From positions 8,978 to 72,977 of the IMG/VR virus record IMGVR_UViG_3300017605_000880: a stretch of DNA of 64,000 nucleotides. One strand, written 5' to 3'. This document shows, piece by piece, positions 27,888 to 36,961 of this stretch. Made by a program: the position numbers and the translations under genes. The notes under the pieces are model-generated. The model saw nothing but the letters and a program-made list of their open reading frames with translations. It was not told where the DNA came from and searched no databases. The DNA comes from a virus. How positions within the stretch are numbered: position 1 is the first letter of the stretch; each line of letters starts with the position of its first letter.

Positions 27888-28904
27888 GTGCCGGCGCCCC
27901 GCGACCAGCCGCGTTGGCCCCGGGGATCGCCCGACGACCCGGAAGGTAGAGGCCAGGGCGGGCGGTGGCGTGAACGTAACGCCGCCACCATGTGGTCCGA
28001 CCAGCTGTACACCCGGATCGGCGGGATCCCACCATGGGCCGATCGGGGCTACATCGCCCGGTTGGCATTGCTGCGTCCGAAACGGGAAGGCCGCTTGTCG
28101 GGCGGGGCGGTGGCGCAGACCCAACAGCTGGAGTACGACGGCGGCGGGGTGGCCGTCCGCAAGACCTTCTCCGACGACGACGACGGGATACGGGCAGCTT
28201 CGGCCGAATATCTGTCGTCGTTGGTGTCGGACGTGGTCGGGGCGATGGCCCCGGCGGTGGTGAAAGACCCGACCGATCCGGAACACGCGGTGATCATGGG
28301 CCGGGTCAACGGCGACCTCGGGACGTTGCACACCGGCAGCAAAGATGCCACCGAGTGGGGCGAGGCCCGGTATTGGTACGCCGAGTCCGACGCCGGACGC
28401 CGGATCGGGCTGTTGGATGTCCTGATCGCGAACCGCGACCGGCATTCGATGAACTGGATCGTGTCGAACGAACTGGACGCCCCCCATGCGTGGCGGCCGG
28501 ACCAGGGTACGATCCGCCGGCCGATCCCGATCGACCATTCGGAGGCGTTTCAGGACACGTTGATCGCCGGGGCGGGGTTGAAGATCGTCAGCCCGGAAGG
28601 GCAGTACACCGCCCCGATGGAGCTTCTGGCGTACCGTGGGTTCACTGGGGCGTGGCTGCAACGTGCGGGGGAGTTGGCCGACCAGTCGGGGGTGGCGATC
28701 GACGCCTGGTCGTTGGGTGGGACGTTTGCCTACGCCGAGAAGAACCCGCTGCACCCGGACGATATCCCGGTCTTGCGGGCCCGGTTGGAGGCGCTGCGGC
28801 CCAGGTTCGCCGACGAGGATATGCTCGAGCAGTACACGTTGATGATGCGCCGGTTCGAACACCTCGCCCGGCGGGCCGCCGGGACCGAGCGGATGTTCCC
28901 GTGA
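27888..28904 (+). CDS. HipA/PI3-4-kinase-like kinase with QPRWP leader
   Basis: VRK, AEY, LLDVLIANRDRHSMNW, PIDHSEAF. Confidence 0.8.
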   Translation: MPAPRDQPRWPRGSPDDPEGRGQGGRWRERNAATMWSDQLYTRIGGIPPWADRGYIARLALLRPKREGRLSGGAVAQTQQLEYDGGGVAVRKTFSDDDDGIRAASAEYLSSLVSDVVGAMAPAVVKDPTDPEHAVIMGRVNGDLGTLHTGSKDATEWGEARYWYAESDAGRRIGLLDVLIANRDRHSMNWIVSNELDAPHAWRPDQGTIRRPIPIDHSEAFQDTLIAGAGLKIVSPEGQYTAPMELLAYRGFTGAWLQRAGELADQSGVAIDAWSLGGTFAYAEKNPLHPDDIPVLRARLEALRPRFADEDMLEQYTLMMRRFEHLARRAAGTERMFP

Positions 28905-29743
28905 GCCGCGCCTGGGACGAGGCGGAACATCCCCGCGACGAGGATGGGCGGTTCACCGAAGCCTGGGCCGCCTCGCTCGCCGCGACCCTCCCGCACCGGT
29001 TCATGACCCACGCCCAGCTGGCCGACTACGCCGACCGGACCGACTACACCCGGGCGTACTTCCACGGTGGCGGGTCGTCGATCACCGCCGTCCGGACCTA
29101 CAGCGACGGCCGGGAACTGCTCGAGAAGTACCACATCGACACCGACGACCAGGCCGATACTGAGGTTGCGGTCAGCTATATCGGCGGGGTGGTCCGGGCC
29201 CCGGTCCCCCCGGTGGTGCTACTGCCCGAGACCGACGAAGACGGCAACCTCGGGACCCTATCCGAATACATCCACGGCAAAACCGCCGCCCAGGTCCTGC
29301 CCGAGTACACGAGCATCGGGATCCCCGAGTACGAACGGCGAACCGGCGAACTGGCTGCGCAGTACCAGGACGACCGGCTCGGGTTGTTGGACCTGCTGAT
29401 CGGCAACACCGACCGGCACGCCGGCAACTGGATCATCGCCCCCACCGACCCGCACCACCGGGTCCAGACCGGGCCCAGCCGGGTGGTCGGGATCGACCAC
29501 GCGAACGCTGAGTTCCAAGGCCACACCACCAGCCCGTTCGCCGACTACCTGTACGACACGGCGGCGTTCCAGCTTAGGACCGGAACCCACAGCTGGCCAA
29601 CGGCGGAGTTGGATCGAATCCAACGCGGGATCGACGACCTGCACCATGTCGGGATTGTCCCCGCCTGGGAACACCGCAGCATGTCCGCGACACTGCGCGA
29701 CCTGCGCAAGCTCGCCCCGGACGCCCCCGGGAGGGTCCAGTGA
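28901..29743 (+). CDS. HipA/PI3-4-kinase-like kinase with HPR leader
   Basis: WDEAEHPRDEDGRF; LLDLLIGNTDRHAGNW, GIDHANA. Confidence 0.8.
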   Translation: MSRAWDEAEHPRDEDGRFTEAWAASLAATLPHRFMTHAQLADYADRTDYTRAYFHGGGSSITAVRTYSDGRELLEKYHIDTDDQADTEVAVSYIGGVVRAPVPPVVLLPETDEDGNLGTLSEYIHGKTAAQVLPEYTSIGIPEYERRTGELAAQYQDDRLGLLDLLIGNTDRHAGNWIIAPTDPHHRVQTGPSRVVGIDHANAEFQGHTTSPFADYLYDTAAFQLRTGTHSWPTAELDRIQRGIDDLHHVGIVPAWEHRSMSATLRDLRKLAPDAPGRVQ

Positions 29744-30615
29744 CCGACCAGCCGCGCTGGCCCGAAGGCACGCCCATCGCCCCCGACGGGAAAGGACCCG
29801 GCGGCGGGAGGTTCCGCGACAGCGTCCCCGAAGGGTGGGCGTTGCAGACCGCGCTGGTGCTCGGGCAGAAACAACCCTGGAAGCGGATCTCGCGCGGCGA
29901 GCTGAGCCTGGCCGTACGGCGCGGCACCGACGCTGCTGCCGCCGATAAGCTGCACGGCGGGGAGATGGCCCAGACTCAGATCTTCACCTACCCCGACGGG
30001 CAGGCGGTCGTCAGGAAAACCTACGGCCGGATGGACCACGATTCGGTCGATTCGGAATACCTGGTCGGGTTGGTGTCGGAGGCGATCGGCGCACCCACCC
30101 CGGCTGTGGTCCGCGACCCCGGCGGTGACCCGGCCGTGGTGTGGATGCAGTACGTGCCGGGTTCGTTGGCCGCCTCGCAGCTGCCCCGCCGGTTGACCCC
30201 CGACCCGTACGCTTCTGACGACGCGGCGCTGCTCGGGCTGCTCGACGTGCTGGCGTTGAACTGGGACCGCAACGCCGGCAACTGGAAGTACGCCCCCGGG
30301 AACCGGATCGTCGGGATCGACCACGGTGAGGCGTTCAAGCTGTCGGTCCCAGACTTTTCGGACGGATCGCCCGGCATCCCCAGGCAGATGCGCGACTCCG
30401 GGTTCACCAAACTGTACGCCGACCGGGGTGTGATGGGTTGGTCCTGGAAAGACAACGACCTGCACCCCGACGACCTGGAGGCGATCCGACCCCGGCTGCA
30501 GGCGCTGCGGGCACAGTTCGTCCAAGCCCACCTGGGGCACTACCACCAGGAGATGATGCGCCGACTGGGTGAGTTGCAACGCCGCGCCCGGGGGACCCGC
30601 CGGAGGATCCAATGA
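29740..30615 (+). CDS. HipA/PI3-4-kinase-like kinase with QPRWP leader
   Basis: DQPRWPEGTP; VRK, SEY, LLDVLALNWDRNAGNW, GIDHGEAF. Confidence 0.8.
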   Translation: MTDQPRWPEGTPIAPDGKGPGGGRFRDSVPEGWALQTALVLGQKQPWKRISRGELSLAVRRGTDAAAADKLHGGEMAQTQIFTYPDGQAVVRKTYGRMDHDSVDSEYLVGLVSEAIGAPTPAVVRDPGGDPAVVWMQYVPGSLAASQLPRRLTPDPYASDDAALLGLLDVLALNWDRNAGNWKYAPGNRIVGIDHGEAFKLSVPDFSDGSPGIPRQMRDSGFTKLYADRGVMGWSWKDNDLHPDDLEAIRPRLQALRAQFVQAHLGHYHQEMMRRLGELQRRARGTRRRIQ

Positions 30616-31676
30616 CCCTGCCGATCGGACCGACCGACGAACAACTCGACGTCGAACTGCGCGCCGCTGCGATCTTAACCAACGAACTGCGCCAGCAGCT
30701 GGAGGCCGCGACCCGCCAGATCGCCGCGTTGTACATCGGGCTCGCGGGCAGTTTGAGCCAACCACTGCCGCCGCCGGTCCGTCGCCGGTTCGCCGACGCC
30801 GCCGGACGGATCATCGCCCGGGTGGCGGTCGACATCCGGGTCCCGTTGTGGGAGATGGTCCTGCAGGCGTTAGACCTGGGGCAGCAGTCGGCGACCCCTT
30901 TCGTACAGCAGGTCCCGGCACGGCTGCGCAGCTACAGCCAATACACCTACGACCAGCTGATGGCCGGGTTGGAGCAGTTGGAACGCCCACCGGCGACGGT
31001 GCACCAGTGGGTGGTTGCGTTGGCAGCGGCTGCCCAGGCAAGGATCGACGCGCAGTTGTTGTCCGCACAGACAGCCGGGCAGGTCGGTGCCCCTCCGGAG
31101 GACTTCGCGGAGGTGCTAGCGCGGATTATCGCCCCCGCCGAGCAGGCGTTGACTGGGCTCGAACGCGACACCCGGTGGGCGACCAACGCCGGGTTCAACA
31201 TGGGGGTCCGGGAGGTTGCCGACCTGGCGGGGGTGTCGCGGATGTGGATCGCCGAACGCGACGCCTGCCTGCACTGCCTGGCGTTGTCCGGTGAGATCGC
31301 CGGGCCGGGCCAGCCGTACAACGCGAACCTGACGTTCTACATCGGGCCGAACGGGCTGTTCAAACCGCTCCCGGTCTATCCGATCGGCCCGTTGTGGGGT
31401 CCGCCCCGGCATCCGAACTGCCGGTGTTTCCAACGACCTGCGCCGGTCCTGGCGGGATATCCGGTCCAGCCGTGGGAGTCGGGGCCGTACACCCCGGCGG
31501 AGGCGTTGAAACGCGAAGCCCGCCGGTCGGTGCTGCGCGGGGTGAGTGGGTCGGATTCGCTGCCGGCCCGGTTGCGCGCCACGGATGCTTTACTGGCCGT
31601 GGGTGCTGGGTTGCCGGTGTCGGTGGAGCGGCGGGCCCGGCGGGCGGTACGTCGTGGCGGATATGGGGGGAGGTGA
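30612..31676 (+). CDS. MuF / SPP1 gp7-like minor head protein
   Basis: WIAERDACLHCLALSG...PPRHPNCRC. Confidence 0.8.
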   Translation: MTLPIGPTDEQLDVELRAAAILTNELRQQLEAATRQIAALYIGLAGSLSQPLPPPVRRRFADAAGRIIARVAVDIRVPLWEMVLQALDLGQQSATPFVQQVPARLRSYSQYTYDQLMAGLEQLERPPATVHQWVVALAAAAQARIDAQLLSAQTAGQVGAPPEDFAEVLARIIAPAEQALTGLERDTRWATNAGFNMGVREVADLAGVSRMWIAERDACLHCLALSGEIAGPGQPYNANLTFYIGPNGLFKPLPVYPIGPLWGPPRHPNCRCFQRPAPVLAGYPVQPWESGPYTPAEALKREARRSVLRGVSGSDSLPARLRATDALLAVGAGLPVSVERRARRAVRRGGYGGR

Positions 31677-31681
31677 TTGGG

Positions 31682-31774
31682 ATGGCGAAGAAGGGCCGGT
31701 TGGGCAACTTCGGCGGGAAGAAGGCCCCGCCGTTCACGAAGAAGAGCGGCGGCAAGGGCGGTAAGAAGAAGTGA
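31682..31774 (+). CDS. 30-aa Lys/Gly-rich peptide
   Basis: MAKKGRLGNFGGKKAPPFTKKSGGKGGKKK; GGAGGTG RBS; GTGA coupling. Confidence 0.6.
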   Translation: MAKKGRLGNFGGKKAPPFTKKSGGKGGKKK

Positions 31775-32532
31775 CGCAGCAGCGCTGGCCCCGGGGCACT
31801 CCGGTCGCCCCGGGTGGCCACGGCCCGGGTGGCGGGCGCTACCGGGGTGTGTCCAGTTCGGCGTACGGTGATGATGACCATGATGTGTGGGTCAGTACCG
31901 TGTCGGACCGGATGGACCGGATGGAGGTGTTGAAGCGGACCCCGCCGTGGATCTCTGGGCGGGCCGAGTGGAAGCGACACCACCGCGACCAGTGGGTGCA
32001 GAAGGCAGCCGAGACCCTGGGTGAGCTGGGCTACCAGGCGGCGGACGCGCCGAACGGCGGGTTGTTGCCTCGCCCGCAGGGTGCGGCGGGATCCTACCAC
32101 TACCGGTTCTCCCCTGAGACCCTCGGCGAGATCTACGACCAACACGCCTACCGGTACTACCCGCACGACTACATGATCGACGCCATCGGCATCCTCGAGG
32201 ACGGGTCGCCTGAGGGGCTGCCTGAGCTGCGCAACGCCCGAGGCGACTGGCGGGTCTCGATGCGGGCCTACGGCGAAAGCCCGGACACGAAAGAGATCCT
32301 CGGGCATGCCCTGGCCGCCCACCCCGACTACGCCACCTCCGGGGATTTCTCCATCCGGACACCGTCGGGGGAGTGGGCGATGCTGGAGGAGATGTACGTC
32401 GACCCGGAAGACCCGGACACGCTTGAGTTGCACGCTGGGGATCAGGTGTGGCAGATCGACACCAGCGATGATGTTCTGATCCGGCGCAACTGGGAGCCGA
32501 AATACCGCAGCCCCATACTCGGGAAGAGGTAA
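31771..32532 (+). CDS. QRWP-leader protein with repeated beta domain
   Basis: QQRWPRGTPVAPGGHGPGGGRY; C-terminus FSIRTPSGEWAMLEEMY...DDVLIRR. Confidence 0.7.
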   Translation: MTQQRWPRGTPVAPGGHGPGGGRYRGVSSSAYGDDDHDVWVSTVSDRMDRMEVLKRTPPWISGRAEWKRHHRDQWVQKAAETLGELGYQAADAPNGGLLPRPQGAAGSYHYRFSPETLGEIYDQHAYRYYPHDYMIDAIGILEDGSPEGLPELRNARGDWRVSMRAYGESPDTKEILGHALAAHPDYATSGDFSIRTPSGEWAMLEEMYVDPEDPDTLELHAGDQVWQIDTSDDVLIRRNWEPKYRSPILGKR

Positions 32533-32534
32533 CC

Positions 32535-34175
32535 GTGGCCCGCAGGTTCGTCGAACGCGACCACCCCCGGTGGCCGGCTGAGGCGCCGGACAGTAAGGGC
32601 GGGGAGTTCCGCGACAAGACCCCCGAGATCGGCGGGGGCGGCGGAGATTGGGCGGATCGACTGTCCGGGCGGATCGGGGTGCAGCCGGCGGGCCGGCACG
32701 GGTCGGTCGCGACCGGGCTGCGCCAGACCTGCCCGGTGTGTTACCGGCAGGTGAAGGTGGTCGGGTCGGGGAAGCTGTCGACCCACAATGGGCACGACGG
32801 GAAACGCTGCCCCGGGTCGGGGATGCCGGCGACGGTCAAACCACCGGCGGATATCCAACGGGCCCCCACCCGCAGGACCCCCGGTGCGAAACCACCGGCG
32901 AAGAAGGCCACCCGCCGCGCGGCTGGCACGCTGCGGCCCCCGCCGCCGCCGAAGGTCACCCCCGGGGCGTGGGATGCGCCGGTCACGGGTGCGGCCGAGA
33001 TCAGGATGGCCGACTGGCGGTCCCGTACGATGCACCGTCAGGCCGACGGGTCGATGTACCACCCGAACACCGCCGCCACCCGCGCGGCGGAGATCCAACG
33101 GCTACACGACGACATCCAGCAGGAGGAGAAGAACCTGGAGGGCCGGCGCAACCGGGTGATGATCGATGCCGCCAGAGCCGCCCTGGGGTTGAAGCACTGG
33201 GAGTACCTGCCGGTCGGTGTGGCGCTGGACCTACATAAGACCGACGCCGACACTGACCCGCACGTGCTCGCGGCGGAGGCTAAGCTGCGGGCGTTGCGCA
33301 ACCAGCTGGACTACGCCGAGTCGGCGATCAAACAGGACCGGCCGTTCGATCCGACTAACCCGCTTGCCTACTACGGTCCGTTGTTGCATATCGAATCGAA
33401 CGACTGGTTCGCCTACGGTGTCCTGGATCAACTCGAGCAGCGGGTCCCGCCCGCGTTCCACAAAGCAGTAGCGGAATGGCTGGCGTACCAGAGCCGAAAC
33501 AACAACAGCTCCGGGATTTGGGTCGGCAGCACCCACAGCATCCGCGACCTGGACAACCTGAAACGGCAGATCACCAAACCGCCGCGCGGGTGGGGCAAGA
33601 AAGCCACCATGGCCACCTGGGACGACGTGGACGGGGTGGTGTCCGGCAGCGCCGTCTACGCGGTCGTGCACACCGAGAACAGTGAATCGCACCTGCGCAG
33701 CCGGCGCGGGTACCGCAGGATGGCCGGGCAACCGGACGAGCTTGCCGTCGGCGACGCTGGGCTGCACGAGTTCGGCCACGTCCTAGATGCTGCGATGGGG
33801 TTCTTCAACACCAACCGGGCCTACCGGTGGGACGACGCATCGGCCCAGCGGAAGTGGCGTCTGATCCACGGGAAGGTCAAACGCGACTCGCGGACCCTGT
33901 CGCCGTACTACCGGCAGAAAGGCGACGCCGGCCCGGAGGAGTTCTGGGCGGATGCGTTCTTCACCTGGGCGTCAGCCGACCCGGAACTCGACCCGATCGA
34001 CAAGGACGTCGGGTATCCACGGCGGCGGACGATCACGAAGCAGGACCGGCTGTTGGCCGAGACCTACGGGACCAGCTTGGCGTTGGCGCAGGAGATCTCG
34101 GATTACTTCAACGGGCTACACCGGGATCTGGTCAGCGGGCGGCGGCTACCGAGGATCGAACAGAGGAGGCCGTGA
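32535..34175 (+). CDS. HPR-leader protein with Zn finger and zincin (anthrax LF-like) domain
   Basis: DHPRWPAEAPDSKGGEF; CPVC...H...CPGSG; LHEFGHVLD...PYY...EEFWADAF. Confidence 0.75.
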   Translation: MARRFVERDHPRWPAEAPDSKGGEFRDKTPEIGGGGGDWADRLSGRIGVQPAGRHGSVATGLRQTCPVCYRQVKVVGSGKLSTHNGHDGKRCPGSGMPATVKPPADIQRAPTRRTPGAKPPAKKATRRAAGTLRPPPPPKVTPGAWDAPVTGAAEIRMADWRSRTMHRQADGSMYHPNTAATRAAEIQRLHDDIQQEEKNLEGRRNRVMIDAARAALGLKHWEYLPVGVALDLHKTDADTDPHVLAAEAKLRALRNQLDYAESAIKQDRPFDPTNPLAYYGPLLHIESNDWFAYGVLDQLEQRVPPAFHKAVAEWLAYQSRNNNSSGIWVGSTHSIRDLDNLKRQITKPPRGWGKKATMATWDDVDGVVSGSAVYAVVHTENSESHLRSRRGYRRMAGQPDELAVGDAGLHEFGHVLDAAMGFFNTNRAYRWDDASAQRKWRLIHGKVKRDSRTLSPYYRQKGDAGPEEFWADAFFTWASADPELDPIDKDVGYPRRRTITKQDRLLAETYGTSLALAQEISDYFNGLHRDLVSGRRLPRIEQRRP

Positions 34176-34372
34176 TGTCGGTCGGTGAACCGTGGCAGGA
34201 CAAGAATGGCCAGTGGATGGTCCCGACCCGGGTTGAAGGCGGCGACGAGGACGACCAGCGGGTGGTGGGGATGGGTTGGGCTCCGTTGACCCCGGACCAT
34301 CCGTTGTACGAGCAGTGGCTGCAGTACATCCGGGCTGGTTGGGCACGCGAGGTCGACGCCCGGATCAGCTAG
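34175..34372 (+). CDS. small partner protein
   Basis: TGATG coupling; LTPDHPLYEQW. Confidence 0.55.
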   Translation: MSVGEPWQDKNGQWMVPTRVEGGDEDDQRVVGMGWAPLTPDHPLYEQWLQYIRAGWAREVDARIS

Positions 34373-34383
34373 AATGGCGGGAT

Positions 34384-34446
34384 CCCCCGGGATGGGGGGG
34401 CTGGCGTGATGCCGGCACCACGTGGACAGGAGCGGTCGGGATGACC
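34384..34446 (+). promoter_or_regulatory. triple GNGAT-loop hairpin leader of scaffold gene
   Basis: cccc-GGGAT-gggg, ctggc-GTGAT-gccgg, ggtc-GGGAT-gacc. Confidence 0.5.
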
Positions 34447-35229
34447 AGACGAGACGGCGCGATTGTGGCGGGGCCGGACGACGACGACCTGGACCCCAAC
34501 GGGCCGGACGAGGACGACGAGCCTGACGAGGACGAACTGGAAACACCGCCGGCCCAGCAGCAGGGGCCGACCCGTGAGGAGCTTCTGGCGGAGGTCCAGC
34601 GGCTGCGCCGGGGCAACACCCGCAACAACCGGGAGCTGCAGAAAACCCGCCAGGTCACGGCGTGGATGAAGAAAAACGGCATCACCGACCTCGAGCAGTG
34701 GCTGGCCGACCAGCAGGGCCCGTCCGGCAGCCCCGGCGAGGTATCTGGGAGCCCCACGGAGACACTCGGAACGCCACCCGGGCATGTCGATAACCCCCCG
34801 GCCCCCCCAGCGCCTCCGGCGCCGCCCGCGCCGTCTGAGGCGGAGGTCGAACGGCGGGTCCGGCTCGAGTTGGAGCGGCGGCAGGCGCAGGACGAAGAGC
34901 GGGTCGACAAGCTCACTAACTCGCTGCGCGCGAGCGCCATCCAGGCCGCCCTGTCCAGCGCCCGGTTTAGCGGGACCGTCGCGACCGCGTTGAAGGTCAT
35001 CGACCAGTCGAAGATCGAAGTCGATGCCGACGGGAACGTCACCGGGGTCGAGGACGCGGTGGCCGAGTTGCGGGCGGAGATCCCCGAATGGTTCCGCCGC
35101 CCCGCCCAGACGGCACCCAGCCCGACCCGCAACGGCGGTGCGGTTGACGGCGGGGAGAAGCGCCCGCCGCCTGCGAAGCCGCGACGTTGGGAAGACCAGA
35201 TCGTTGACCGGTGGCGAGGCGGCCGGTAA
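34441..35229 (+). CDS. capsid scaffolding protein
   Basis: Acidic N-terminus, coiled coil, IEVDADGNVTGVEDAVAELRAEIPEWF. Confidence 0.8.
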   Translation: MTRRDGAIVAGPDDDDLDPNGPDEDDEPDEDELETPPAQQQGPTREELLAEVQRLRRGNTRNNRELQKTRQVTAWMKKNGITDLEQWLADQQGPSGSPGEVSGSPTETLGTPPGHVDNPPAPPAPPAPPAPSEAEVERRVRLELERRQAQDEERVDKLTNSLRASAIQAALSSARFSGTVATALKVIDQSKIEVDADGNVTGVEDAVAELRAEIPEWFRRPAQTAPSPTRNGGAVDGGEKRPPPAKPRRWEDQIVDRWRGGR

Positions 35230-35367
35230 GATCGGACCTGGGTTCACACCCCCCCTCACCCGCCCCCGCGCAAGACCCTCCGGGGACCTGGACAGCGAGC
35301 CGCCCCCGTGCTCGCCGGTGGTCCGGTCGGCGCGGGGGCGGCTCTATCCCGGGGTGAACCTGTGGGA

Positions 35368-35700
35368 TCAGACGTCCGGCGTGACTTCCTCGTCCGGGGA
35401 GTCGGTCGCCGCGAAACCCTCCGCCGCGCCGGCCGTGACGTTGATCGTGTCCTCGATCACGACCGGGGCGCCGCCGCCGTCCGGGGTGGCCGTGAACGTG
35501 AGCGCAGCCGCGCCGAGCGCGCCGCCGCCGACAGCCGCGATGACCGCGCTGCCGTCACCGTTGTCGGTGACGTTGATCAGCTCCGGGTTGGCGGTGGTGA
35601 ACACCTGGGTGCCGACGAACGGCGCGCTGGCCGGAGCGCCGAACTCGTCGACCGGGGCGTAGGTACGGGTGAACTTCTTGTCCTGGGCGAGGTCACGCAC
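35368..35700 (-). CDS. small Ig-like beta protein (start may extend to 35892)
   Basis: FTTANPELINVTDNGDGSAVIAAVG...TINVTAG; AAGGA upstream of GTG 35700. Confidence 0.55.
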   Translation of the reverse strand: MRDLAQDKKFTRTYAPVDEFGAPASAPFVGTQVFTTANPELINVTDNGDGSAVIAAVGGGALGAAALTFTATPDGGGAPVVIEDTINVTAGAAEGFAATDSPDEEVTPDV

Positions 35701-36095
35701 GGTGTGGATCCTTCCATCTGTGGTGGGTACCGCTGGGGTGCTGTTGGGCACCCGGTCGGATGCGACGGTGTCTCGGTCAGTCCCGTCATGCAGCTGGAAC
35801 TGGGGGCGTCGGCCCTTGACAATGCGTCGCACCTGGAGAAAGGTGTCACCCTCGTCGGTGATCTGCCCCAGCGGGTAGAGGTCGCTTAGCACTGCGCCGG
35901 CTCCCCTCTCTTGTCTCTGGCATCGTACCACCGGCTACCGTCGGCTGCCCGTTCGTATCGGTCGGCCATCCGCCGTTCGGTCACCCGTGGGTACGATTGA
36001 CCTCGGTGTTTACCTTCCGCCCAGCAGAACACCCCCCGGCCCGTCCGCGACGGGCGGTGCAGCCGGGGGGTGTGCAGTCGAGGCATCGGGGGGGG

Positions 36096-36638
36096 TCAGG
36101 CGTACGGTAGGTACCAGAGGCTCGCGCCGCTGCCGAACCCCTCAGCGCAGTTCGTGGTCTGCCTGACGTACGTGCCGAGGCCCGGGTCCTCCTCGGTCAG
36201 GCACTCGTTGGAGTAGGCGTTGCGCAGCTTGAACGTCCCCGGCAGCCCAGCGGGCCCGGGTTCCTGGACCCACTGCTCAGTGAACGAGGACCAGTCGCAA
36301 CTCCACTGGACGATCGTCGAACGGTACAGACTGGCCACGCCCGGCGTCGTGCACCACAGGTTGTGGCCCGGCCGCACGAAGTACATGTTCGAGAACGTCC
36401 CGTCGGAGAACCAGAACTTCTGATTCCACGAACCCGACGTCGGACCGCAGACGCTGACGGTCAACTGCTCGTTCATCTGCATCGACGAGTTCGGCACCTC
36501 CAGGCACAGGCCCGTGTTGTAGTTGATGATCCGGTGCAGGTAGCTCAGCGCGTGGGCCGGTGTCGCGATGGCGACCGCGCCAACGATCCCCACCAGCGCA
36601 GCCGTGAGCAGCGCCGCGACCCTCTGCTTGATCTTCAT
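36096..36638 (-). CDS. secreted ricin-B (beta-trefoil) lectin protein
   Basis: Signal peptide ...TPAHA; NTGLCLEV, NQKFW, VQWSC, EQW, SNECLT. Confidence 0.8.
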   Translation of the reverse strand: MKIKQRVAALLTAALVGIVGAVAIATPAHALSYLHRIINYNTGLCLEVPNSSMQMNEQLTVSVCGPTSGSWNQKFWFSDGTFSNMYFVRPGHNLWCTTPGVASLYRSTIVQWSCDWSSFTEQWVQEPGPAGLPGTFKLRNAYSNECLTEEDPGLGTYVRQTTNCAEGFGSGASLWYLPYA

Positions 36639-36649
36639 TCTCCCCTCCT

Positions 36650-36871
36650 TCACCGGCGGCGCGTCGACCGGCGCTTCTTGCCCCCGACTGCCATGCCCGG
36701 GTACCTCGCCCGGACCGCCGCCGCAACCCGAGCATACACCCCGTTACGCCGGGCGTACGCCAACGCTGTCCTGGCGTGGGCCCGGTCGTGGATCGGGTAC
36801 TTGCGCGACTTCGGATACACGAACGCACTCGCCGGCAGCCTGCGGCGAGAAGCAGCCGTCAACTTCGCCAT
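36650..36871 (-). CDS. small basic protein, DUF6582-like
   Basis: LPASAFVYPKSRKYPIHDRAHARTAL. Confidence 0.65.
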   Translation of the reverse strand: MAKLTAASRRRLPASAFVYPKSRKYPIHDRAHARTALAYARRNGVYARVAAAVRARYPGMAVGGKKRRSTRRR

Positions 36872-36961
36872 ACGACCAACGGTACCCCCGCCGCACCACG
36901 TGTTACAATAGCAGCGGCAGAGCACCTGTTCGACCTCGTGTCAAGTGGCTGCGACCCTGCC

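Noticed and set aside
27992-28900. N-terminal extension of ORF 27992-29743
   Set aside because: Off-frame overlap with kinase 27888; the true start is GTG 28901, where the leader begins
16716-32600. Repeated leader DNA as a CRISPR array or DGR repeat
   Set aside because: Copies are degenerate at synonymous positions, spaced by whole genes and in-frame at starts; no cas or reverse transcriptase gene is seen
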